Below, one piece after another: positions 27,624 to 35,088 of a stretch of DNA of 64,000 bases. Location of the stretch: positions 186,001 through 250,000 of the IMG/VR virus record IMGVR_UViG_3300032315_001715, one strand, 5' to 3'. The notes beneath the pieces are model-generated. The model made no database searches. It saw nothing but the letters and a program-made list of their open reading frames with translations, and had not been told where the DNA came from. The translations under genes were made by a program, and so were the position numbers. Position 1 is the stretch's first letter. Each line of letters opens with the position of its first letter.

Positions 27624-28047
27624 TTAGATGGTGGGGAGATTTTCATGAGCCTGTATGAGTGCGTTTGTGAGCCTGGTTTTTGGTTCTAGTGAGCTTGGTT
27701 GTTTCATTAAGTGTGGACTTGTTAGGGTCCATAGAATTTGACGACGTTCGGTCGACAAACCATTGTATGTCTCATTTACGATGAGATCAAATTCTCTTCG
27801 GTAATTAAAACACAATGCAGCGTCAATGGTCGAAAATCTTGATTGGCATGATCTCGATCGTTGCTGTGGTCGTGGTATTGATTGTTTCATGGATTTTGGG
27901 AAAAATCTCAAGCTTTATAGACCTTCTATTGGTGTTTTTACATACTAGTCTTGTGAACGTCCTGAGCCAACGTTCCGTTATAACTGAGCCGAGTGCAACA
28001 GGGCAGGTTTTATACCTGCCCTGTTTTTTATCTCCGCTTTCGCTCAT
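27624..28047 (-). pseudogene. Two overlapping short ORFs (28047-27823 and 27911-27624), possibly one frame-disrupted gene
   Basis: The ORFs overlap by ~90 nt in frames offset by +1; both look protein-like, but no family was recognised. Confidence 0.3.
27997..28029 (+). terminator. 12-bp hairpin with a plus-strand T-tract
   Basis: AACAGGGCAGGT-TTTAT-ACCTGCCCTGTT followed by TTTT; sits at the stop codon of the TnpB-like gene. Confidence 0.7.
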
Positions 28048-28813
28048 TGTGATCACTCAGTGTCACGGAATATCCGCCAGTATCCTTGAAATCGATGTAC
28101 CACTTGCCGTCACCATTGATTGGATGTGGTGCTCGAATGATGGCCGATTTAAAGGTTATATCGCTGATGTCAAATCCGTTGATGCGTAACGGATCAACGG
28201 TGTATGGTATCGATACCATGCTGCTGTTGGTTTCTTGATCGAAACTAACCTTGATCAAATCGCCTGGTATTTGCAAATGGCGCTTGGTATCCAAGCTTTG
28301 GGTATGTAGAAGCTGTGTTGGTGATCGAAGTCCTTCCGTTTTCATACCGGCGTGCAAGGTATCAGCTTGGTTGATCATGTATTTCAATATTTCCAGAGCC
28401 ATCGCACGTCTCACGCTTTTATGCAATCGTGCCGGTTCGGCCGCGATCTTCATGATGGTTATCTGTGCTGGTGATATCTTCGGAGAACCATCTGGCTCTC
28501 GAATGGAGCTGGCAAAGGTCCTAAGATGTTCCGGCCATTGTTCGGTCGGATGATCCAGCAATTTTTGCGGATCAACCGCATTCTCAGCGCAGATCTCCCA
28601 GATCTTTCGTTCCTTGTCCTTGAGTCCCATGAAGACCTGTGGGAACGCTCGAAGTGGAGGAGTTAGCTTTTCGACTAACACATTAAAATAACCAAGCTCT
28701 TGGTTAATAAAATACTTCAAATGATGTTCGACATTGCGATTAACGTCTATTTCAAATGTACGTCGATTGGTAGACCGCCGCTTTGGTTGAGTTGTTTCTG
28801 GATTATTTCTCAT
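28028..28813 (-). CDS. TnpB/Cas12f-like REC+wedge protein lacking the RuvC nuclease domain (261 aa)
   Basis: RTFEIDVN....HHLKYFINQELGYFNVL resembles the TnpB N-terminus. LHKSVRRAMALEILKY resembles the REC helix. VSIPY...LRI...FKSAIIR...GKWYIDF resembles the wedge strands. The ORF ends ~19 aa later. AGGAAGG RBS before ATG 28813. Confidence 0.6.
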   Translation of the reverse strand: MRNNPETTQPKRRSTNRRTFEIDVNRNVEHHLKYFINQELGYFNVLVEKLTPPLRAFPQVFMGLKDKERKIWEICAENAVDPQKLLDHPTEQWPEHLRTFASSIREPDGSPKISPAQITIMKIAAEPARLHKSVRRAMALEILKYMINQADTLHAGMKTEGLRSPTQLLHTQSLDTKRHLQIPGDLIKVSFDQETNSSMVSIPYTVDPLRINGFDISDITFKSAIIRAPHPINGDGKWYIDFKDTGGYSVTLSDHNERKRR

Positions 28814-28834
28814 TTGCCTTCCTAACATTTTATT

Positions 28835-28864
28835 AGTGTACCTTGGCCGGTAAAAATATGTCAA
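28835..28864 (-). promoter_or_regulatory. sigma70-type promoter for the TnpB-like gene
   Basis: TTGACA-N18-TACACT on the minus strand. Confidence 0.55.
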
Positions 28865-28984
28865 CACCGGTGAAATACGCCGTTGATGCTCGATCTAGGC
28901 GATACATAGTCAAGCACATGGTATAACGGTACTTGATATCTAATACCTGGATGAAAATATTTCTTGCCACATAGGAAATTAGAC

Positions 28985-29470
28985 ATGAACAGTAAAAACA
29001 AGGGCAACAGCTTCGAACGAAAGATCGCAAATCTGTTATCGTCTCGGTTTGAATTAAAAACCGGTATCAAGAAGGCATTTCGTCGTAATGCTGACTCTGG
29101 CAGCTTTTTTGGAGGATCAAACCAAAAGAGATTGGAAACATATGATACCGAGAAGGCCAGCTTAGGCGATGTCATATGCCCGCAGACCTTTGTTTATACC
29201 GTTGAATGCAAGCATTATAAATCGGCGCCGTTGTTTAAGAACATCATGCAACAGGAATGCAAGGAATGGGACGGATGGATCAAGCAAGCCGAGCAGGACA
29301 GCCAAAACAGCGGAAAGAAAATGCTGCTCATAATCAAATACAACAATGTCGATGAGATCGTCATTGCCACTGAACCAGTTCCAAACGCCTACAATCTTCC
29401 TTACAAGACCTATTTCGTTTCATCGTTGTCATCATGCCTTGCCCAGGACGACTCGGTATTTTTTGACTGA
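28985..29470 (+). CDS. PD-(D/E)xK nuclease, Holliday-junction resolvase-like
   Basis: SKNKGNSFERKIA, GDVICP, VECKHY, W..QAEQD. Confidence 0.75.
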   Translation: MNSKNKGNSFERKIANLLSSRFELKTGIKKAFRRNADSGSFFGGSNQKRLETYDTEKASLGDVICPQTFVYTVECKHYKSAPLFKNIMQQECKEWDGWIKQAEQDSQNSGKKMLLIIKYNNVDEIVIATEPVPNAYNLPYKTYFVSSLSSCLAQDDSVFFD

Positions 29471-29472
29471 CA

Positions 29473-31251
29473 TCAGCTTGCGGCTGAATGATCAACGCTG
29501 AATGTCGTGAAGCTGTTTTCTTTGATAACGGTTAACACGGCGCCGACACGATTGATCAGTTCCTCTCGGTGGCTAATCACGAAAATGTTCTTGTTTCGTT
29601 CGCGTTCCATCTTTTTAAGTATCTCGATAGCACCCTCAAGACCCTGAGGATCCATTCCGCTGTCAAGCAGCTCGTCAACGAATATCAAATTTATAGCATG
29701 CATGGTATTTTCGAAGATGTCCCTGAATGCCCAGCTTAGTCCAAGTATCAACCGTGTGCGCTCCCCTCGAGAAAGATTGTCGAAATCCAATTCCTGTCCA
29801 TTTAAGCTGATTTCAACTGATAGATCATTGATAAACTTGATCTGATGTGGTAATCCAAGCTTGTCTAGATACTCGTTGAGACGTAGGTTTAGATATGCTA
29901 GATTTTGATCGATGATACGCTTTCGAATGAAGCTGTCCTTGTTGGTCAGCAGCTTAAACAAAAATTCTTGGTGATCTCGATCCTTAATCAGTTGGTTGAG
30001 ATCGTCGTATGTTACCTCTTGCATGGTACCGGCTAGGCTGGTATTTTGATCTCGATATGGATTAACTGATACGACCTCCTTTTCCAATTCCTTGATCAGC
30101 TGTTCCAGCGTGTTTCGATGATTTAGAGCTTGTTCCAGGGTCTGATATGCGGTCATCGGTTTGGTCATTTCATTTAACACGCGGTCTAGCTCGGCTAGCT
30201 GAGTTTTGCTAATATCGACCTCTTCTTGCTCGGCCTTGGTCTGGGTGTCAAGTTGCATGATCTTGGTTTCTAGACCAGTTCGTATCCTTTCGTGCTCCTG
30301 ATCATGGATGCCTTGTCCGCATGTTGGGCATTCGTGATTAACGGCCTTGTCGTAGTCAGTTAAGGCAGCATTGAGCTGCGTGGACATCTGCTGTAGGTGC
30401 CGACCTTTCATGGCAAGATCCCTGGTGATCTGTGACTTTGACGATACTAGTTGGTTATACAGATCCAAATCTCGATGGGATTGCAGCTCTCGCTCAATGT
30501 CAAGGGTCTCAAGGCTCTCGATGGCCTTGGCTAGCTCATCAATGGTTGACTGCCTGGTGATGTCCCAATTATCGGCCTTTCGTGCGATATCCTGCATGGT
30601 TAGTCGAATTCGATCGTTGCTTTGCTTCACGGTCCTTATTCGAAAATCCTCCTGCTCAATGGAGGTTTTAGTGATCTTGATCATCTCCTTGAGATTTTCA
30701 GCCTTTTGGCTTAACAGGGTGATGGTCAGCAGCTCCTCGATGATCTCTCGTTGCTTTGATGCACCCAGGCTGAGGAATGGTTCCGTGTAGGTATTGAGCG
30801 CAAGTATGTGCTTGAACAGAGAATGGCTCATACCGAGGATATTATCTATTTCCTTTTGGGTTTCACGGTTTTCGCCCTGTGCGTCGTCGGTGCTTTCGTC
30901 AACATTCTTGTCATCAACGATATATCGAAAGAAATTTGGCTTGCGCCCCCGTTCAATGCGATACTGATGACCGTCCTTTTCAAATTCAACGGCCACCATC
31001 ATGTTCTTTTGATTGATGTTGTTTATGAGATTATTAACCCTGATGTTGGTAAGGCTTTGCCCGTATAGGCCAAATGATATGGCCTGCAGGATGGTGCTTT
31101 TGCCGACCCCGTTTCGTGATCCGTTACCTCCCATGTCGAGATTCTCACCGAGGACCAAGCTCAATCCGGTTTTGTTAAGCTCAACGGTTTGTGTGGCGTT
31201 GCCGCAGCTTAGAAAATTTTTGATGATTACGTTTTTAATTATGAGAGCCAT
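29473..31251 (-). CDS. gp46: Recombination endonuclease ATPase subunit (gp46/SbcC/Rad50)
   Basis: Walker A GNGSRNGVGKS, zinc hook CPTCGQ, signature LSRGE, Walker B FVDELLD, ISH. Confidence 0.95.
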   Translation of the reverse strand: MALIIKNVIIKNFLSCGNATQTVELNKTGLSLVLGENLDMGGNGSRNGVGKSTILQAISFGLYGQSLTNIRVNNLINNINQKNMMVAVEFEKDGHQYRIERGRKPNFFRYIVDDKNVDESTDDAQGENRETQKEIDNILGMSHSLFKHILALNTYTEPFLSLGASKQREIIEELLTITLLSQKAENLKEMIKITKTSIEQEDFRIRTVKQSNDRIRLTMQDIARKADNWDITRQSTIDELAKAIESLETLDIERELQSHRDLDLYNQLVSSKSQITRDLAMKGRHLQQMSTQLNAALTDYDKAVNHECPTCGQGIHDQEHERIRTGLETKIMQLDTQTKAEQEEVDISKTQLAELDRVLNEMTKPMTAYQTLEQALNHRNTLEQLIKELEKEVVSVNPYRDQNTSLAGTMQEVTYDDLNQLIKDRDHQEFLFKLLTNKDSFIRKRIIDQNLAYLNLRLNEYLDKLGLPHQIKFINDLSVEISLNGQELDFDNLSRGERTRLILGLSWAFRDIFENTMHAINLIFVDELLDSGMDPQGLEGAIEILKKMERERNKNIFVISHREELINRVGAVLTVIKENSFTTFSVDHSAAS

Positions 31252-31813
31252 TGTAATACCTCATCAGATTGTCCTTCCATGGAAGCATTCTAAGGTTTTC
31301 TATCGACGATGCTTCCTCTACGGTCATACCTCTAGCAAAGCATTCCTTGATTGAGATAATATGATCGAGTTGCCATCCACCTTCTACACCACAAAGGGTT
31401 CGCGGGTGTCGATTAGGATTGATCCTATCGATGTTTGCTTCATAAATCCGTTGACTCGCACCATGGACATTACGTAGGTATCTCTTCCAGGTCGACATGT
31501 TTAGATTTCGTTTTCTGGGCGCTTTTCTTGTCAACCAACTTTTTCGAGTCAAGGCCTGGCATCGATGAGAACAGAATCGTTTCTTAACCGATGGAACGGT
31601 GACAAATGAATTGTTACATCCTTCTGCAACACACGTCCTTGCTTCTCGTTTAATCCGTTTAGGTACCGCTTTGCCGGGTTTAGCACCTATTGACATCTTG
31701 ATTCCAAGTTTTTTGCGCCATCGCCATATTGTAATTGGATGAACTTCTAATTTTACGGCAACTTCTCTTGCCGTCATAGAAATATCCCACAAGCACGGAT
31801 CGGGTATCAACAT
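31235..31813 (-). mobile_element. HNH homing endonuclease (HTH + Zn ribbon + HNH) between gp47 and gp46
   Basis: HTH (TAREVAVKLEVHPITIWRW), C..EGC...FCS..C, WQLDHIISI...NLRMLPW.DN. Confidence 0.75.
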
Positions 31814-31814
31814 A

Positions 31815-32834
31815 TCAAATACCTTGGTATATCTTGACCAGCTCGTTTTTATCCATTGTGTTGGATTCGATGCTTTGAAGATGGCTTATCACGATGGTAT
31901 CGACACTTTCAAAATTGATGTCGGCTTCGTCCAGCATGTCAGGATCGCTGTTCTTGGGGGTTATTATCTGCACCTCTCGAGCATTGAGCTCATTTTCCAG
32001 CAGTTCTTTGATAAAATTAACGTCCTCATACGAAGCGTTGATATCCATGGTGATCTTGGCAAAGGTTCGATCATCGATAAATTGGGACGGATCGGCCACG
32101 ACCTGGCTCATGGTTAGGGTTCTATATTTTGGTGTTTCAGGCCATGTGATAAAATCTGGGTCCTGTCCCGGTGTCCACACCATCATCCCGCGATCATCAT
32201 CCCAGGCATCGGCAAAATTGTGAGGGAATGCGTTTCCAATGTACCATATTTTGCCCTTGTTTTGTCTTTTGTGGAAATGTCCGGAAAATACCTGAGTTTG
32301 GTTAACAAAGTGTGCGGCATTGAGCAGTCCGTGATCTGGCATTTCTACCATTGCATTCATCTTGAATTTTGGTAGCTCAAAGTGACCAAACATATATGGG
32401 GATTTGAGATTTGGCACTTTTTTCCATTGATCAGCAACCAACCATGGCACAAATGCAACCCCGTCCATTTCGGTCATGGTAGAGATCGTGTGTATTTTTG
32501 GAAACTGTGTGATGTATGGCAGGCTGTGTATTTCGTACTTGTCTCGATAAAACAAATCGTGGTTACCGAGGATGAAGAACGTGTTGTCAAAATAGTCGTT
32601 AAGCAGCTTGAGGCCGCTAACCGAATAGTTCAATGTTGAAATGTTGATGGCGGATCTAACATGGTGAAAGTCCCCGCCGAAGATGCAGGTTCGAATACCC
32701 CGGTCCTCGCTTTGCTGGATCATCCATTTGATGAATCTCTCGCAACTGTCATTATGATCACGGCTGTTGTTTCGCATGCCATAGTGCAGATCGGTGAACA
32801 CCGCTACTTTTGAAAAGTCTGGATTGATTGCCAT
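31815..32834 (-). CDS. gp47: Recombination endonuclease nuclease subunit (gp47/SbcD/Mre11)
   Basis: FTDLHYG, GGDFHH, GNHD, FGHFE, SGHFH. Confidence 0.95.
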   Translation of the reverse strand: MAINPDFSKVAVFTDLHYGMRNNSRDHNDSCERFIKWMIQQSEDRGIRTCIFGGDFHHVRSAINISTLNYSVSGLKLLNDYFDNTFFILGNHDLFYRDKYEIHSLPYITQFPKIHTISTMTEMDGVAFVPWLVADQWKKVPNLKSPYMFGHFELPKFKMNAMVEMPDHGLLNAAHFVNQTQVFSGHFHKRQNKGKIWYIGNAFPHNFADAWDDDRGMMVWTPGQDPDFITWPETPKYRTLTMSQVVADPSQFIDDRTFAKITMDINASYEDVNFIKELLENELNAREVQIITPKNSDPDMLDEADINFESVDTIVISHLQSIESNTMDKNELVKIYQGI

Positions 32835-32856
32835 GATAGATCCCTAGCTAGAATCT

Positions 32857-32885
32857 ATTTTACCTCACCGTACGATCGGTAGCAA
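32857..32885 (-). promoter_or_regulatory. sigma70-type promoter for gp47
   Basis: TTGCTA-N17-TAAAAT. Confidence 0.55.
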
Positions 32886-32924
32886 TAAAGCCGTCGATAA
32901 TAACACGGCGCATGGCAGTCGTTT

Positions 32925-33749
32925 TCAAGCTTCCTTTGGTGGGATCTTTTGGGCTATCTCGTTATCAACCATTCTGGTATAGCTTGGCGATGCTCCGTGC
33001 ATGATCAAGATATCATCGCGGATGTTTTGATTTTTCTTTTCAATATTCAGTATGCGCATGAAGCTATTGGTAATGGTTTGCGTGTAGTAGGCAAATGGAT
33101 TTGGTGTATCTGATCGGCTTTCATCGAACTGTAATCCAACCTGGGATAGCTGCAACAGTGCCTGGCACTTCATTTCATCGATGTAGGTATAGCCGCGCCA
33201 GTTACCGCGATGCCCGTACCGATCAACCAGTTTCATGAACATCAATGCTAGATTATTGGTCATCTTTCCGTGGTCTCGACAGAAATGACCATTTTCTAGC
33301 CCGCCTTTCCAATGGCTTTTGAGTACACAGGTCAGTACGTCTTCTTTCATGATGTAGTGTTGGAATGGAGGAAAATTGCATCGCATGTGTCGCTCAGCTA
33401 CGGTCTTGGCTTTATCAACCTTGTCAGGATTGATCGGTATGTGCGTGTGTGTCATCAGCCTAATCACTATCGACTCAATTGGTACATCATCTAGGGTTAT
33501 GGTTATTTTAGGATCCTTGATCCCTTGGGAGATCTGTGCCTTTTTCTCGATCATCTGTAGTTCAGCAAGCTTTTTCTTTCTAGCTTCTTCTACCCTGGTC
33601 GGCGTTATCAGCTTGATGTCATTGACGATAAAATCGTATCGGGCATAAATGGGGTCTGGATAGGAACAATACGATGTTTTGCTACGGTGGATCTCTTCCA
33701 ACAGATCCTTGTTGGTTAGATATTTGATTTTTACTGGGGCTATGGCCAT
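32925..33749 (-). CDS. gp55: Late-transcription sigma factor (gp55-like)
   Basis: YLTNKDLLEEI, NWRGYTYIDEM...A, FD...NPFAYYTQ...NSF.R....EKK. Confidence 0.85.
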   Translation of the reverse strand: MAIAPVKIKYLTNKDLLEEIHRSKTSYCSYPDPIYARYDFIVNDIKLITPTRVEEARKKKLAELQMIEKKAQISQGIKDPKITITLDDVPIESIVIRLMTHTHIPINPDKVDKAKTVAERHMRCNFPPFQHYIMKEDVLTCVLKSHWKGGLENGHFCRDHGKMTNNLALMFMKLVDRYGHRGNWRGYTYIDEMKCQALLQLSQVGLQFDESRSDTPNPFAYYTQTITNSFMRILNIEKKNQNIRDDILIMHGASPSYTRMVDNEIAQKIPPKEA

Positions 33750-33779
33750 GCTTGTTTCCTATCAAGTGAAAGTGTTGTT

Positions 33780-33808
33780 ATTGTAACTATTTTGAACTAT
33801 TGAGTCAA
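33780..33808 (-). promoter_or_regulatory. sigma70-type promoter for gp55
   Basis: TTGACT-N17-TACAAT. Confidence 0.7.
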
Positions 33809-33845
33809 ACCAGACCATTTGGTTAACATGGTGGTTTATAGAGGT

Positions 33846-33853
33846 GATAAATA
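33846..33853 (+). promoter_or_regulatory. Late promoter for the baseplate operon
   Basis: GATAAATA. Confidence 0.6.
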
Positions 33854-33887
33854 TCGTCAACAGACCTGGATTTTGGAATATAATACG

Positions 33888-34778
33888 ATGGTAGAAGGAA
33901 CAAACACGCCTCCGAACATACAAGAAGCCCTTTCTGCATACCAGCGGGCATCGGCGCAGGGCGGCGATGTGCAAGGAACCCTTCGAAACTTGCAGACAGC
34001 TATACAATCTCTTTATTTTTTGCAAGATCTAGGTGCTGCACCATCGGCTCCACAAAACTTACAAGATACTGCTGGCAGACGCGTTCGACTTAGGGCTAAA
34101 CCGGGGTCTACTGGTATAGTATATGGAACGGGGTTGATGAAACCACTGTTGGATACCAACGGAGTTGTATTTCCCTATCAACCAACTATCACATATCAAC
34201 AAGATGTGACCTACACGCCTATGGAGTTGGTACATACTAACCAGGATTTTCATAGCTATACTCGCACCCCGGCGCTAAAACTGTCGGTTGATGGGCAATT
34301 CACCGTTCAAAGCCAGGCAGAAGGTGCATACGCTATGGCATGCATTCATTTTCTCCGAACATCAACAAAGATGTGGTTTGGTGGAGCACAGGGATCTGAT
34401 GCCGAAAAATACCAAGGGACTCCCCCACCGGTTCTGTTGTTTGACGCCTACGGTCAATACATGTTCAACGCTCTACCGGTGATCATCACCCAGTTTTCAG
34501 TTACGTTGCCAAACGACGTCGATTACGTTCCGGTTAAAATCAACGCAGATCAAGGCGGAAGCCCCCAACCTGCTAGTCCAAATGAGCTATATTCGGTTCT
34601 TAATTCGATCAACAGTACCAATATAAGCTCACAAACAAATGATGGATATGCCTGGTTACCGGCCCTATTCAACATACAGGTGCAGCTGATCGTGCAAAAT
34701 ACCCCGAGGCGGCTGAGAGCATTCGATCTTTCACAATTCAGGGATGGATCGCTGCTGAGAGGAGGTACCTGGGTATGA
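33888..34778 (+). CDS. Baseplate tail-tube initiator/cap (gp48/gp54-like)
   Basis: VFPYQP.I, HFLR..TKM.FG, G.PPPVL...AYG..MF..LPV.IT.F.V.LP.DVDY. Start placed after the late promoter. Confidence 0.7.
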   Translation: MVEGTNTPPNIQEALSAYQRASAQGGDVQGTLRNLQTAIQSLYFLQDLGAAPSAPQNLQDTAGRRVRLRAKPGSTGIVYGTGLMKPLLDTNGVVFPYQPTITYQQDVTYTPMELVHTNQDFHSYTRTPALKLSVDGQFTVQSQAEGAYAMACIHFLRTSTKMWFGGAQGSDAEKYQGTPPPVLLFDAYGQYMFNALPVIITQFSVTLPNDVDYVPVKINADQGGSPQPASPNELYSVLNSINSTNISSQTNDGYAWLPALFNIQVQLIVQNTPRRLRAFDLSQFRDGSLLRGGTWV

Positions 34779-35086
34779 CAACGGTAAATTATCAACCGGC
34801 TAGCCCGTATGCTGGCACTGATCAGGTAAACGTATATCTCGAATATTTGGATTTTTGGAACGGTCCATTTGTTTTACCGCAGACTGACGATCAATTATAT
34901 ACGGTACAAGCAAAATACGACAAACGTCCGGATCTGTTAGCATTTGATCAATATGGATCAACCGGTTGGTGGTGGATTTTTGCCGTTCGAAATCCAAACA
35001 CCATCAAGGACCCGATCTACGATTTGAAGGCAGGTATTACCATTTATCTACCTAATAAAGCAAACTTACCTAGATTGAGAGTTTAA
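34775..35086 (+). CDS. Baseplate wedge protein (gp53-like, LysM-like)
   Basis: RPDLLAFDQYG...WWIFA.RN...DP..DL.AG..I.LP. Confidence 0.8.
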   Translation: MTTVNYQPASPYAGTDQVNVYLEYLDFWNGPFVLPQTDDQLYTVQAKYDKRPDLLAFDQYGSTGWWWIFAVRNPNTIKDPIYDLKAGITIYLPNKANLPRLRV

Positions 35087-35088
35087 CG

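Noticed and set aside
27815-28189. Hydrophobic plus-strand ORF (124 aa) resembling a holin or membrane protein
   Set aside because: It is antisense to the TnpB-like gene end, has no RBS, and crosses a plus-strand terminator. The hydrophobicity is explained by T/G-rich sequence.
27990-28870. Active IS200/IS605 transposon
   Set aside because: No tnpA, no RuvC motifs and no clear subterminal hairpin/cleavage-site pair. The gene sits in core-gene context with its own promoter.
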